Shown here piece after piece: positions 24,451-38,559 of a stretch of 64,000 bases of DNA (position 1 is the first letter of the stretch; every line of letters starts with the position of its first letter). Location: NCBI GenBank assembly GCA_964016885.1, contig OZ024743.1, positions 158,286,001 to 158,350,000 of the forward strand, given 5' to 3'. A program made the position numbers and the translations under genes. The notes beneath the pieces were generated by a model, which was given only the letters and a program-made list of their open reading frames with translations, was not told where the DNA came from and searched no databases. Source of the DNA: Eledone cirrhosa (Eukaryota).

Positions 24451-25149
24451 CTACAATATTTTTGGTCACCATTAATGGTTGTTGAACTTGCTTTCTTTGT
24501 ATCATCTCAGTTCATAAACATTATTGATGCAGCCTGTTTCAGCTTTTGCAGCTTCTGCAAATACTGGTCTAACCACTCACCAAAACACAGATACATTACT
24601 ATGCACTGTTATGTATACTTCTAGTAAATAATACTCATTTCTCTTGGGACAAAAGGCATCTAACTTTCCTCCACAAATTAATAATTAAACAAAAAAGAAG
24701 CAAAACCAAAATACATAAATAGATAAAAATGCTTTCAAAGAGACAATTGAGTCATCGTTATTTTTTTCTGAATAACTATATGAAGAAAAGTTAGGTTGTG
24801 TCAGTACATTCTCATATTGGAACAAACATACATACACATGTAGCCCACATATTCTGAGTTTCTATACCCACATATTTATTTATTCAGGCCAATCCTCTTT
24901 ATTGTTCTTTTGCTGAAACATGCGGGGTGCACTAATCTGTTTAGCAAGGAAACCTTGAACTGAAAGTTTGGTAAACATTACCTGAAATCAATAAGGCTTT
25001 ATTACACCATTGTTAAGTGGTTTGAAAAGATTTTAGAATCTCACAATTATTTGACATTACTTTATTCTGAATAATGACACGAATAGAGGTTGTATAAAGA
25101 TAGTGACATTGCTTTTGTTGTTTTGTTGAAATTACTACTGTGTCTAGAT

Positions 25150-25650
25150 CATCATCATCATCATCATCATCATACATCCACCTTTCCATGCTTGCATGGG
25201 TTGGACAGGTCCTTTCCAGCATAGCCCCCTTTCACTCATAGCATTCCTTTGTCATCTCTGTGAAGTTCAATGATTTGAGATCAGCTCTAACAACCTCTGA
25301 CAAGATTTTTCTCAGTCTTCCTCTACTGCAGCTTCCTCTACTGGCATCTCCTGGCATTTCTTCACCTAGCAACCAACATCTATATGCATCATATATCCAT
25401 ACCAGTACAGTCTTCTCTCTGCCTGTCCTCATGAGAGATGTATGGGAGGCTTGGATGAGGTGGTGCATACTGTATATATGCTTCAGCTTCGGCCTGTGTC
25501 CGTACAAAGTTAGGTCTTATGTATTACTACATAACGCCAGAGATCTCAGACTTGTGACATTGCTTTTGAGAGGTGCAATTGGGCAAGGTCGGCTTTTATC
25601 ACTTCATCCCAAGTCTTCATGGGTCTCCCCCCTCCAAAGCTTCCATTGAA
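25150..25650 (-). mobile_element. Rearranged RTE 3' fragments with (GAT)n tail
   Basis: RGRLRKILSEVVRADL motif; tail ccatgcaagcatggaaagg..gatgatgat. Confidence 0.75.
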
Positions 25651-26567
25651 TAGAAACTGGTTGATTCTGCCTGTAGTTCAAAAGTCTAATCTTGTTGCAT
25701 ATCATGTCATGTTGATTTGGTTTGGGAACTACATTAAAGATACACAGGTCCGTGATTTACTCAATCACTTACAGAGTTAATTCAACAACTAAAGTACATC
25801 CTCAAAACTGATGGAGGGCTTGTATGTGTATGTTGAGAGTTATTGATGTGTAATTTTATTCTTCTTAGTCCTGGAGGAAGGGACTGGTGAGATTCGTGCA
25901 TGCAATTTATGTTCTTCTTGAATAATTGCAAGTTGACAGATGCAGAAAAAACATGGGTAGGGAGTGTGTTGACAAATAACTTCATACTAATCAGTTAATG
26001 GCTTTTGTTTTGATGCCGATTAGGTGTGTTGCAGAATGTGGGAACAATTCTCCAATGTAGGTCTTACCTGAGCTTCGTAGAAGGTCAGTAGTTATTAGTA
26101 TTAGTAGCACATGTGTGTCTTTTCTCAACTGAGGAACAATTAGAGTGAAATTTGGGTGATTAGTTAATGTTCAGTTTGAACTATTATATGTTCATTGGAA
26201 AGGATAGGACAAGGAAAGGTTTCAGATTATTCGGTAAAAAATGCATTTAGTATGAAAGTTTAGTGGCCCAAAAAACACATGGTGATGATGATGATATTGA
26301 AAAAAATAGAATAAGTTGATGTAACAAAGGGAATTTAAACAAAGCTAATATATATTCAGAAATTCAGAACGGTGGGGACTATTACAGAAGCAGTATATAT
26401 ATATATATATATATATGAAATTAAAATTTAGCTTTGGCATAGCTGTATATATATATATATATATATAGTAGTAGTAGTAGAGGTGCAATTGGATTGTGTT
26501 CACAGGCGGTATGCCAAGATGGGCATCCGATGCTCTTGGGGAGCAGAGTATCAATAATAATAAATTG

Positions 26568-27082
26568 GGAACAAGGAATCAGTATTGCACCATATACATA
26601 TTTAATTACATATTACATATGTTTCACTGCCAATCAGCTTGTCATGCAGAATACATCAGCTTGTCATGTCAGAATACATATCCGGGGAGCTTCTGATTCC
26701 AGAGTCAGGAACGAACATTATTCGATCGTTCCTCGAGCTGATCAGCAGCGAAACATATGTAATATCATCATCATCACCGTTTAACGTCTATCTTCCATGC
26801 TAGCATGGGTTAGAGGGGTTTGTCTCATTTAGAGGCAAGCTAGGTCGGGTGTCAGTGTCTCGCTCATATAAGACTGTTTCTGGCTGGTTTTCTATGGTTG
26901 GATGCCCTTCCTAATGCCAACCACATTTACAGTATGTGCTGGGTGCTTTTTGCCATGTCTTTTACACAACCCCTTTACAGTGTGGGCTGGATGTTTTGTG
27001 GTACCAACATAATATATATACACACACACATAACATATATCTAATTAAATATGTATATGATGCAATACTGATTCTTTGTTCC
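26568..27082. repeat. Fold-back inverted repeat with HHR 3' half; right arm split by an RTE-tail insertion (26766-~27010, minus)
   Basis: Left arm 26568-26640; right arm 26735-26765 + 27038-27082; gagctgatcagcagc-GAAA-catatg-TA-atat. Confidence 0.8.
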
Positions 27083-27715
27083 TTGCCGAGGTTAACTTTG
27101 CCTTTCATCCTTACGGGGTTGATAAAATAAAGTACCAGTAATGCACAAGGTAATTGCTGGCCTTGTGCCAAAAGTAGAAACAATTATTTTATATATATAG
27201 GTGGATTGGCAGTATCGGTAGAGGGTCGGACGCCATGCTTTGACATATAGAGTTACAGCCCTTGCCATTCTGAGTTCAAATCCCACCGAGGTTAACTTTG
27301 CCTTTCATCCTTACGGGGTCGATAAAATAAAGTACCAGTAATGCACTGGGTATTTGCTGGCCTTGTGCCAAAAGTAGAAACAATTATTTTATATATATGC
27401 ACATGGCTTAGTGGTTAGAGCATTGGCCTTGCAATCGAAAGGTTGTGAGTTTAATTCTCAGACCGGGTGATGTGTTGTTTCCTTGAGCAAGACACTTTAT
27501 TTCACATTGCCCCAGTTTACTCGGCTGTAGAAATGAGATGATAGGGACTGGGGTCCCTATCATTCAACTGCAAAGTGGTCGTGGAGGTGCCACGGCAAAA
27601 AAGCACCCAGCACTCACTGTAAATGAGGTTGGTGTTAGGAAGGGCATCCAGCTGTAGAAATCAAGCCAGAATCAGTTCCCGTCCCACCCTTGCAAGCAGG
27701 GAAAAGCGGACGTAA
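27083..27715 (+). mobile_element. SINE cluster: family A partial (27083-27188), family A full (27200-27388), family B1 (27398-27715)
   Basis: Direct matches to the family motifs described above. Confidence 0.9.
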
Positions 27716-27719
27716 GTAA

Positions 27720-27750
<31 letters not shown>

Positions 27751-28053
27751 CATATATGTATATATATAGTGTGGCCAGTTAGTGTGGTTAAGAAGCTTGC
27801 TTTACAGCCACATAGTTCTAGATTCAATCCTACTGTGCAACACCTTGGAGAGGTGTCTTCTATCATAGCCTTAGGCTGGAAAATGTGTCAAGGGAAAAAT
27901 GTGTCAAGTCCATCATAAACTTACTAATAACCCTTATTATTAGGTTTATGAAGTGTATGTTGTTGGATCAACTAATCCAATCCTTATATATGTGACTGTG
28001 TGGACATGTATATGAGTGCTTGTATGGCTTGTATGTGTGTGCATGTATGTGTA

Positions 28054-28130
<77 letters not shown>

Positions 28131-28259
28131 GTGTATATACTATGTATATATATGTATGTATATATGTATGTGTATACTATCTAATGTATCCTTCTTTATA
28201 AGTTACTCTAACTACAGCTGGTTCTGTTTAACCAGATCTTAAAATTCTCCTAGATTATA

Positions 28260-28356
28260 ATCATAGCCCTCCTCCCTTTTTTCTGTTTTTCTTTTTCTCT
28301 TTCATTTTGCCCCACTCTTCCCCCCCCCCTGCTCCTCTCTGACACACACACTCTCC

Positions 28357-28451
<95 letters not shown>

Positions 28452-29260
28452 CACTCATTCTTTAACTTCTTATTTTGCTCATTTCTCTTTTTCCCATTTT
28501 ACTCAGCCTCCCCCATCCGCAGCCCATGTTTCTCTTTCAGTCATCACTTTCCCCACCCATTGCTCTCCTTTGTATACTCTCTCTCCCTCTCTTTCTTTCT
28601 CTGATTCTTACTCCTTCTTTCAAGCTTTTATTCTCCTCCTCTTCCTCCCACTATTTCTTTGACTTCTCTCACTTTCTCTCTCCAACTCTCATTCTTTCCT
28701 TCACCTCATCCTTCTTCTCCCCTCCCCCTTCATCAACGCTACTCCACCTTCTCCCTCCTGCCTCTTCCCTTCCCCAGCTACATTCCCTTCCTTTCTTTTC
28801 CTCCCCCATCTTGCTTTATACATTCCATCACATTTTCTCATTCCATCCCTCCTCCTAATCCACAGCCATTTCTGTTTTTCTCCAACTTCTTTCTCTTCTT
28901 TCCTCCCCTTCTCTTGCTATTTTCCTTCCCTTGCATTATTTTACCTTTCTCTCTCATTTACTCTCTTTATTTCCCTGCTTGTCTCTCCTCTTTCTCTTCT
29001 CACTCTCTCCCTCATTTTCTCTCTCTATCTCTCCTTCCCTCTCTCGCTCTCTGCCTCTCCTTTTCCTCCTCTCTCTTTCCCTCCCTCCCTTCCTCTTTCG
29101 CTCTCTTTTCTCTGTCTCTTTCCATTTCTCTCTCATTCTCTCTCTTCTTTTATCTTTTCTTCCTCTCTCTCTCTCTCCCTCCCTCTCTCAGCATTTTTTA
29201 TTCTTTCTTCACATCCCAATTATTCTTTCTTTCCTCTACCCTCCACCCCACCTAATGTCC
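28260..29260. repeat. ~1 kb polypyrimidine/polypurine low-complexity tract including (CT)n
   Basis: Strongly C/T-biased + strand. Confidence 0.9.
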
Positions 29261-29421
29261 TTCAAATAGACTCTGTATAAACAAGGAGGGGGCTATGTTA
29301 TGACAACTTATATTGTAAACTTGACTTTTTCTCTCTCACACTCACATACATACAAACATACACAAGCACACATGTATGTGACCCACCTACTCCTGAACTC
29401 TTGTGTAATCAGATTCACACG

Positions 29422-29458
<37 letters not shown>

Positions 29459-29563
29459 ACACACATGACACTGACATTGTCTGGGATTTTATTTCAAGGA
29501 AGAGGAAGTAACTTTCAATATGCTCATACCAAAATATTCGCTGTACCACACCATCATTCACCC

Positions 29564-29564
<1 letters not shown>

Positions 29565-29604
<40 letters not shown>

Positions 29605-29658
29605 AACAACTACTATTACTACTATTACTACTACTACTACAACTACTACAACTATTAT

Positions 29659-29712
<54 letters not shown>

Positions 29713-29768
29713 TACAACAACTACTACTACTACTACTACTACTACAACTACTACTACTACTACTACTG
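29565..29768. repeat. (TAC)n microsatellite
   Basis: Direct inspection. Confidence 0.95.
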
Positions 29769-29829
29769 CTGATGCTGCTGCTGATGCACATACACATACA
29801 CTAATAAAAACTCACTGGCACATTTATAT

Positions 29830-30187
29830 ATGGCGTCACGCAGTAATACAGAGTACCCGACCTCCCATGGGTACAAGCTGAAGCATATAGACAATATGCC
29901 CCCACACCCCCCACCACAAGGTGGTCGTGGAGGTGCCACGGCAAAAAAGCACCCAGCCCACACTGTAAAGTGGACGTGTAGGTGCCACGAAAAAGCACCC
30001 AGCACTCACAGTAATTGAGGTTGGTGTTAGGAAGGGCATCCAGCTGTAGAAATCAAGCCAAATCAGTTCCTGTATGAGCAAGGCATGGTCAGCCGACCAG
30101 ACACTGCCCACAACAGGACAACCCGTCTAACCCATGCTAGCGTGGAAGAACGGACGTAAAACGGTGATGATGATGATGATGATGATT
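29830..30187 (+). mobile_element. RTE LINE 3'UTR-only copy
   Basis: Near-identical to 17886-18245; (GAT)n tail. Confidence 0.92.
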
Positions 30188-30217
30188 CACTATCCCTCCC
30201 CCTCTCTCTCTATATAT

Positions 30218-30441
30218 ATCATCATCATCATCATTTCATTTTACGTCCGCTTTTTCCCTGCTTGCAAGGGTGGGATGGGAACTGCTTATGGCTTGATTTC
30301 TACAGCTGGATGCCCTTCCTAACACCAACCTCATTTACAGTGAGTGCTGGGTGCTTTTTGCCGTGGCACCTCCACGACCACTTTGCAGTGGAATGATAAG
30401 GACCCCAGTCCCTATCATCTCATTTCTACAGTTGAGTAAAC
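30218..30441 (-). mobile_element. SINE family B1, 5'-truncated
   Basis: Matches 12663-12895. Confidence 0.88.
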
Positions 30442-30444
30442 TGT

Positions 30445-30486
<42 letters not shown>

Positions 30487-30739
30487 CATAGAGAGAGAGA
30501 GAGAGAGAGACAGACAGGGGGGGATAGTGAATATTTTTTCTGTATATATATAAACAATATATATTTATATATGTATATATACACACACACTCATACATGC
30601 ACACAAATACATACACACACATATAGAATTATAGACAACTAAAAAAATATTTCAGTTTCTTGCTTTATTTTACTTTACACTGGCACACACACACACACAC
30701 ATGCACTTATGTACATACATACAAACATACATAAACATA

Positions 30740-32630
30740 TAAACACACAAGCAAATACTACACCCCAATAGAGGGGAAAACCACCCAGGAGTAACTTAGG
30801 AACCCCACAAATTCTAAACCACCCTAATCTCCAAGAGCACCATAGGAAGGTGCCGTCTCTCTTCTTGAAACTCTCCAGCTACAGGTGCATAGTCAGAGTA
30901 GGCCCATTCAATTGATCCAAATTGATCAGATTCTCACGGAAGCCAGGTTTACTCCCTATCCTCTCTATGATGTATTGTATGAAGTAGAGGTTGTTGTGTA
31001 TGGAATTGGTCAAAATTGCACACATCTGCACCCCTGCTACCAGGCTCTCGACAACAAGCACCAGCCTCATTGCTAGTGCCTTGGCCAAAATCTTAAACTC
31101 TGTATATAGCAGAGTTATGTGCCTGATCATCTAAAACGTCCCTCTTGTTATTGTTTTTCCTCATCAGCATTACTATGCCCCAACTCACAAAATTGGGAAT
31201 TCTCCCATTCTGCTGCCAATTGCAGTACATAGCTTTAAGGAGATTGGATAACAAGTCTGGCATGTCTAAATAAAACTCATGGAGTAGACTATGCAAACCA
31301 GGGGATTTGCACCTCATACAATCGACCATGGCTTCTTAAATCTTGGCTGCTGCTTTGGCTTTTTGCAGCAGTTGCTGAGAATTGTAGCAGACTGTTGAGG
31401 TAGGAACTAAAGTCCACAACTGTCTTCAACACCTCACTCTCCCCAAACAGTTATGCAAAGTGCTGGTGAATAGCTGCACACATCTGCTCAGAATCAACCA
31501 GCACATGCCCATCTCAGTCCATCAAAACCAAATTGTGGTTTTGTTGCCAGGCTGCACATCAAACAGCTTTCAATCCCTCTTTTCTTAACTCTAACAATAC
31601 AACCTTCATGTTTTGCATTGAAGAAATGGTCTAAAGCCATTTTTACCACTAACCCATCAGTTACAATGCCATTCCTAATCATCTCATCTAGTTTAGCTAC
31701 TAACTTGCCCTCTTTTTTATTTTTTCCTATTGCTATTTCTTTATTAAATTCTATCGGTTCTATTCTAATCATTCTCATGAGAGCAGCCTACCACCTGTTG
31801 TCGATGACTTCCTCTGTCAGCTTTCACTTAACTAAACGGCTAATCTGGTCACTGTAAGCTTTATGTGGCAGGAATGATGCATTAAGCTTCCAGTAACCAG
31901 GTCCTTGTCTACATGTTCTATCTAGATTGACCATGCATATCACAAATTCATGGTTCGAAATTATGGACACCCTATTCTATCCTTATCAGCTAACTTAATG
32001 AAAAATCTATTTGTATACGATCTAGATGACCTTATGGGGACAACCACCCAGGGGCGAATCAGGTAACCCACCAATCCTGAACCACCTGACGCTTCAAGAG
32101 CACTCAGGAAGAGCATCCTTCTTCTCCTCAAATCAACCAGCCTACAGGCACATGCTCAAAGTAGACGCATTCACACAGGCCATTTTTGCCACATTCACCC
32201 ACCTTTTAGCAAATGTACTGGAGGCAGCACTTCTCTCTCCAAGTGAAACTTGAAAACGTTGATGAGGGATTGGTCGAAGAGAATAGTGTCTGTCTTTAGT
32301 CATTTCAACCTGGTCCACCACACAACCTCTTTCGCTACTGCCACCAGAGTAAAACTGCCTGCCCTTCCCAGCCAAAAGAAGGCAGTGGGGCAATCCTCAC
32401 TTTGGACTCGGTCGATAGCTAGATCCATCCTAAATGCAACAACAGTTGTTCGACATAACTCCACAAGTCAGTAATGCCAAAATCTTTAACTGTGTGTTTA
32501 GCAGAGTTATGGGCCTGAAGTTATCTAATGTATCCCTCGTATTATCGTCCTTCCTTATCAGCGTCACTTCGCCCCAGCTCACAGAACTCGTTCATTTGAA
32601 CAAACTTTCCAGTTAAATAATCAATGACTG
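30740..32630 (-). mobile_element. Tx1/L1-like LINE remnants (endonuclease end, linker, RT start; nested ORF2 C-terminal piece at ~32010-32480)
   Basis: GPGYWKLNA at ~31880-31905; KSPGLHSL..EFY; RHITLLYTEFKILAKALA.RL; SIHNNL..I..II; LINLDQ; C-terminal FAKRWVNVAK..MCL similar to 61400-61470. Confidence 0.82.
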
Positions 32631-32659
32631 TGACTCCAAGAAAATCTAAACTATAATTA

Positions 32660-33150
32660 ATAATTGTTTCTACGTTAGGCACAAGGCCAGCAATTACCCA
32701 GTGTATTACTGGTACTTTATTTTATCAACCCCGTAAGGATGAAAGGCAAAGTTAACCCACGACAGGATTTGAACTCAGAATGGCAAGGGCCGTAACTCTA
32801 TGCATCAAAGCATGGCATCCGACCCTCTACCAATACTGCCAATCCACCCCTAAACTATAATTAATAATAATAATTGTTTCTACTTTAGGCACAAAGCCAG
32901 AAATTTGAAGGGGGAGGGGAAAGTCTATTAAATAAACCCCATTACATTACTGGTGCTTTATTTATCGACCCTATAAGGATGAAAGGCAAAGCTAACCTCG
33001 GCGAGATTTGAACTCAAAACAGAAAAAGGCCGTTACTCTATGCTGCGAAGCATGGTGTCTGACGCTCTACCAATACTGCCAATCCACCATCTATAATAAT
33101 GGTTTCTAATTTAGGCACAAAGCTAGAAATTTTGCGGGGAGAATATTATC
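32660..33150 (-). mobile_element. Tandem SINE family A copies (32660-32850, 32870-33090, partial beyond)
   Basis: Reverse-complement family motifs; the first copy is flanked by ctaaactataattaataat on both sides. Confidence 0.88.
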
Positions 33151-35656
33151 AGTTAGATCACCCTCAATACATAACTAGTATGTTATGTTATTTTCCACAT
33201 GTGGCTCATGTTATTAAACTGGACAACTGTGAAGTTCAAGATCTTTTGAAAAATAAGCTCCTTTCCATGAGGAACTTCCAACATCACATTTACCTTCATT
33301 TTGGTTATATTCCCTTTCTTTTTTTTTCTTTTCTTTTTTGTTCCTTCAATCTTTAGTGTCTCTAACAATTTCCATTTCTTTCTCCATGATCTATTTCCTC
33401 TTCCTTGATCAGGTAAAACTGTTGCTTGGAGACTCTTGCTGGTTCTGTACTGGCAGATATAATAGATATGTCTTTTTTTTCTTGGTTCCCTATCTCATTG
33501 GCCTCAAGTGCTTGTGACACTAAGGATGAAATGATTGTTTCGGATATCGAACACAAGCATAAGGTCACATATTTGCTTATTTCAATTCCCCTACCCTCTA
33601 GAAGGATGAATGGCAAAGATAACCTTAACATATGTAGGTCTTAGTAATAGTGTTCTTGCTATGACAATCTCATTGTAGTTTTTTTTTACATAACGTCCCC
33701 AAAACTAAATTATCCAATATGTCCTTCCTTTTTAAATATGATAGGTCATGATTTGAGAGAGACTTGCCTGTTATTTCTAGCAAGTAAATCAACCACATTA
33801 AAGCTCACTTGTTAGCTCATGATAATAATGATAAGGATTCCATACATTAGTACAAGACTACAAATTATATAGGATATTTATAGTCATAGATATGTTACTC
33901 ATTTTATTGACCCCTGGATAGATGACAAGAATTGGCAACTCCACCCAGACAACTGACAGATGGAGGTTTTATCTTAGTGCAGATTACCTTTCCTGCTACT
34001 CCAACATTTTCACTCTAAGATTAGTAATAATTGGGATAGTTTGGTAGTGTCAATTCAATTGGCCAATAGCACTTGACTGGTACTTAATTTATTCACCCAT
34101 TTAGGAGGAAAGGCAAACTCAATCTTGTAGGATTTAAACTCAGAATATAAATTATTGTAACTAAATACTGCAAAGTGTTTTGTCAGCTGTCCACTGTGCT
34201 CTTCTAAGGTTAAAAATTATAGACATAATATTGAAAAATTATAGTGGTCTACATAGTTGCTTGATCTTCTAGAAATAACAGCCAAATCTTCTTCAAATTA
34301 CAACCTAACATCTTGAAATTAGATGAACACATTTGATAATGTAGATACTCAGTGGGAGTAAGAAGGATGGGGATGTTCATAGCTGGAATACCTTTGATCA
34401 TATATCTGCTCAGTCAAGGCTGCTATGGGAATAAACAACAACAACAACCACCACCAAGAGGTGTGAAACTTAATATTAACTTGGTAAATTGCTCTTTCTG
34501 CCACAATATCAACAATATTTTTACCCATGAGCTAATGAACGAGCCTTTAAGTGGTCACACAAACCTTTTAGAAATAGCAGCCAAATGTGCCTGAAATCAC
34601 ACCCTACCATCTTTAAACAGGTAAGGGCCCATTTAATATTACAGTCCTATGAAACTCTAGCAAGAGAGGATGATCATGGCTGGAATACCTGTGACTATAT
34701 ATCTGCTCAATTAAGATTTATCTATGCCTAGGCAACATTTTTCTTCCCTATCATTTCCCCCACTCCAATGCATTCTTGTATATTGGTGTGACTGACACTG
34801 GAGGCCTTATTGCCTATAGCGGGTCCTGAAGATTCTATTTTCCAACACAAGAAGGCCAGTCATAAAAGGCAGAATTTGAACTCAGAGCTGCAACAGATTC
34901 TGTAAGGTATTATGTCAAACACTCACAATTCCACCAACCCACTATACAGGGCTGGTATATTATTTATCAACCCCTTAAGAATGATAGGTAAAACTGACCA
35001 CAACACGATTAAAACAAATACTGCAAAGCACTTTTTCCTACATTCTAATGACTTTGGCAATTTTCTGCCTTGTCAATTACATTTTTAACTTTATTATTCT
35101 TTATCCATTCCAGGTCAATAAAAAAAGTACCAGTCAAGCACTGGGCAATTCTTCTTCTATATGTCTTTCTCGCTTCTGTATACTCACTTCCTCTATCTTT
35201 CTCTGGAAGAAATTTGCTGTGTTTAGACCTGGAGCGGAGATGGGCTCAGTCAGATTTTTTTTAAATGCCCTGGAAACACCATATGTCAATACAGCACCCC
35301 TATGACTCCCTCAAGAGTTACGGGACCATGCATGCATTGAAGGAAAGGTAGCATAATCAATAGCAAAGATATCAATAATATTACTAGAGAAAAGAACAGT
35401 GAAATTTAGTTACATTGCTTTAAATTTTGACTATACCCCCGGCCACACTTAAATTTGTGGCCTTATGCCAATGTTAGGAATCAATATACAGTGAATTGAA
35501 ATAATACCAGTAATTAACTGGCCCTTGTTTTATTTATCTCCAATGGGGATGGATGGAAAGGAAACCTACAATAGCAATTTGAACTCAGTTTAACGTCTAT
35601 CTTCCATGCTAGCATGGGTTTAGATATATATATATATATATCTCAATATATATAAT

Positions 35657-35729
35657 AGTTGGACAGAAGAGAGAGAATTAGAGTGATATATATATATATA
35701 TCACTCTCATTTTCTCTCTTCTGTTCAAC
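35657..35729. repeat. Palindrome centred on (TA)n
   Basis: gttggacagaagagagagaattagagtga(ta)n tcactctcattttctctcttctgttcaac. Confidence 0.8.
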
Positions 35730-37971
35730 CATTTCCACTACAATAATCGTTTCTAATTTAAGCACAAGGTCAGAAATTTTAAGTCGAATGTAACATTAAT
35801 TAAATCTAACCAGTAATTGACTGGTACTTTATTTTATCCATCGTGGAAAGAAATACAAGCAAAGTCCACCACAGTTAGAACTCTATAATAACTGTTTCTA
35901 TTTTTGGCACAAGGCCAGCAATTTGAAGGGGAGAAGAAAGTTGATTAACTCAACCCCATTGCTTAACTGGTGTTTTATCAACCTCAGAAGTATGAAATAG
36001 AAAGTTAACTTTGGTAGAATTTGAACTTAGAACATAATGACCCTTAATTAAACACTGCAAAGTATTTTGTCCAATGGTCTGATGATTCTGCCAATGCATC
36101 TTTTATTTTTATTTTATTTTTTATGATGATTATAATGATGATGATGATTTCTTTAATGCCACAAGGGCTGCTAATGTAAAGTAGGGGGAAGTACACTATT
36201 ACAAAGAGATATTACAAAATGATCATACTGTACAGAGTTTGTGGTTATAACTCTCTAAACATAGCCTGGGCTTCAGTTATTTAGGTGGTGGTGGTGGTGG
36301 TGGTGGTGGTGGCAATTGTAGTGGCGATAGTGGGAGGGTGATGGTGATGGTAGGGAGCAGTAGCAGAAGAGAAGAAGTTGGAAGTGGAGAGAGAGAGGGG
36401 GGGAGGGGAGCAAAAGTAAAAGGAAGAGGCTTGTTTAGTCCTACTGGCTTCTGATTTAGCTGACAGACATGAGGGTGTATGTGTGTATGCCTTTGTGTGT
36501 GTGTGTGTGAATCTCATGTTGTTGTGGTATTTCCTCAGGTTTTACACACTATACTACCATTCTTCTTTTAATCAAGTCCAGCAATTGACCAGATTTTACG
36601 AAGGACTGGTCTTTTTTTTTAATTTGTGATTTCTTAACACCTGAAAGGTATGTATGTATGTATGTATGTATGTATGTATGTATGTATGTATGTATGTATC
36701 TATCTATGTATCTATGTATGTATGTATGTATGTATGTATATATGTATGTACGAACATATATATGTTTCTGCATACATATGAATGTACATACACACATATG
36801 CATGTATGTATTATGTATATCTGTGTGTGTGTATTTATTGTGCATGTGCATATATATGTATGCATGAATATATATTGTATATGAACATATGTATGTATGC
36901 ATGCATGTATTGTGTATGTACATATATATATATGTACAACTGTTATTGATGTTGTTGTTATACTATTGTTATACCATATCACACACATCACACTGAACAA
37001 AATTAATTACATATGAAGCTTCTTCTTCTTGTTCTTCTTCTTCTTCTTCTTCTTCTTCTTCTTCTTCTTGTTCTTGTTCTTCTTCTTCTTCTTCTTCTTC
37101 TTCTTCTTCTTCTTCTTCTTCTTCTTCTTCTCCCACTTATTCCTGAAAGGATAAAACACTCCTTCCCGCAGGGCCTGTCAACAGTAACTATTACCAACTG
37201 ATCCAGCTGGATCCCCAAGTGAGACCAGCCAAGCTCGTGGATGTTATTCAATCATCTTGCATACGGTCTCCTGCCAGTTGGTTTTACCCATAGAATTTGT
37301 CTAGCAATTCTTTCCTGAGACATCCTAACCACGTGCCCATAGTATCAGGGCTGTGATGAGTCAATTTGGAGAAATTGATGCTCTACCTGGAGTGACTCTC
37401 TGATCTTCAAGCTACTCACTCTATTGAGTAATCTTACTCCAAAGACGCTTTGCTGAAACCCTATTTGCACATAGGATGCAATATACCAAACCACATGCAC
37501 CAGCAAACACACAAACACTCACACATACTCATTTATTCACAAACACAATCTCACACTTATAACAGACTTATACTCAAACACTATCACACACAAACACACA
37601 CACACAGACACTCACATATGCACACACACACATTCATACAGTAACACAATTATACATCAACACATGTATGTGTAAAAAAAAATAAACTCATGTCTACATT
37701 AACTAACAATATATATACATTATATACAAGTAAAATATAAACGCACATGAATGAATGGATCCTTCATCAATTGGATTTCACAGATGAGTATTCCAGCTGT
37801 TTGATCAACTTCGATACCTGCTCAATGTATTTGTGTATAACACACCTGTCTCCAGGGGTGGGGGAAGTGGGCACTCTAATTCACGATAATTCTTAAGTGG
37901 ATTTTCAGAATAAGAATAAGAAAATAATAAATATTTCTTTTAGAAATTCTTCCAATTTGTTGTAAACATCA

Positions 37972-38162
37972 ATAATTGTTTCTACTTTTTGGCACAAGGC
38001 CAGCAATTATCCCAGTACATTACTGGTGCTTTATTTTATCGACCCCGTAAGGATGAAAGGCAAAGTTAACCTCGGCGGGAATTGAACTAAGATCGTAAAG
38101 GGACGTAACTATGCTGGAAAGCATAATCCAACCCTCTACCGATACTGCCAATTCACCGCCCT
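37972..38162 (-). mobile_element. SINE family A with target-site duplication
   Basis: tgttgtaaacatcaataat present on both sides of the copy. Confidence 0.92.
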
Positions 38163-38559
38163 ATTGATGTTGTAAACATCAATAATGAATTGGTAAATGA
38201 TGGGTCTAAATAGCTAAGAATTTCACAGACACGTGTATTCTGAATGTAATCCTCAGGTAGAATTCATATGATACAGTGTGTATCATAGGGATGGCTCTAT
38301 AAGTTACAAGTACAGTTCATCTCATGGGCTTCCTTACAGTATCCAACTATCTAACTTCATTCACAAGGCTTGGGTCAATTTTGAGCTATGGTAAAAGACA
38401 CAGGCCCATGATCCCACAGAGTGACATTTAAACTGGGAACTCAGAGTTAAGAAAGCAAATTTCATAACAAATCAGCCATGCCTGCACCTATAAATACACA
38501 TACACATTGCCAAACTCACACACATATATATATATGTGTGTGCGTGTGTGTGTATGTCA

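Noticed and set aside
27398-27470. tRNA-like sequence with A and B boxes
   Set aside because: It is the head of a multi-copy SINE and continues into CORE-like and LINE-tail domains; not called as a tRNA gene.
28475-29269. Hydrophobic Leu/Ser/Phe ORFs suggesting membrane proteins
   Set aside because: Artefacts of the polypyrimidine tract.
33290-33631. Charged minus-strand ORF (89 aa)
   Set aside because: No recognisable motif or clean splice pair; may be a decayed ORF1 of the adjacent LINE.
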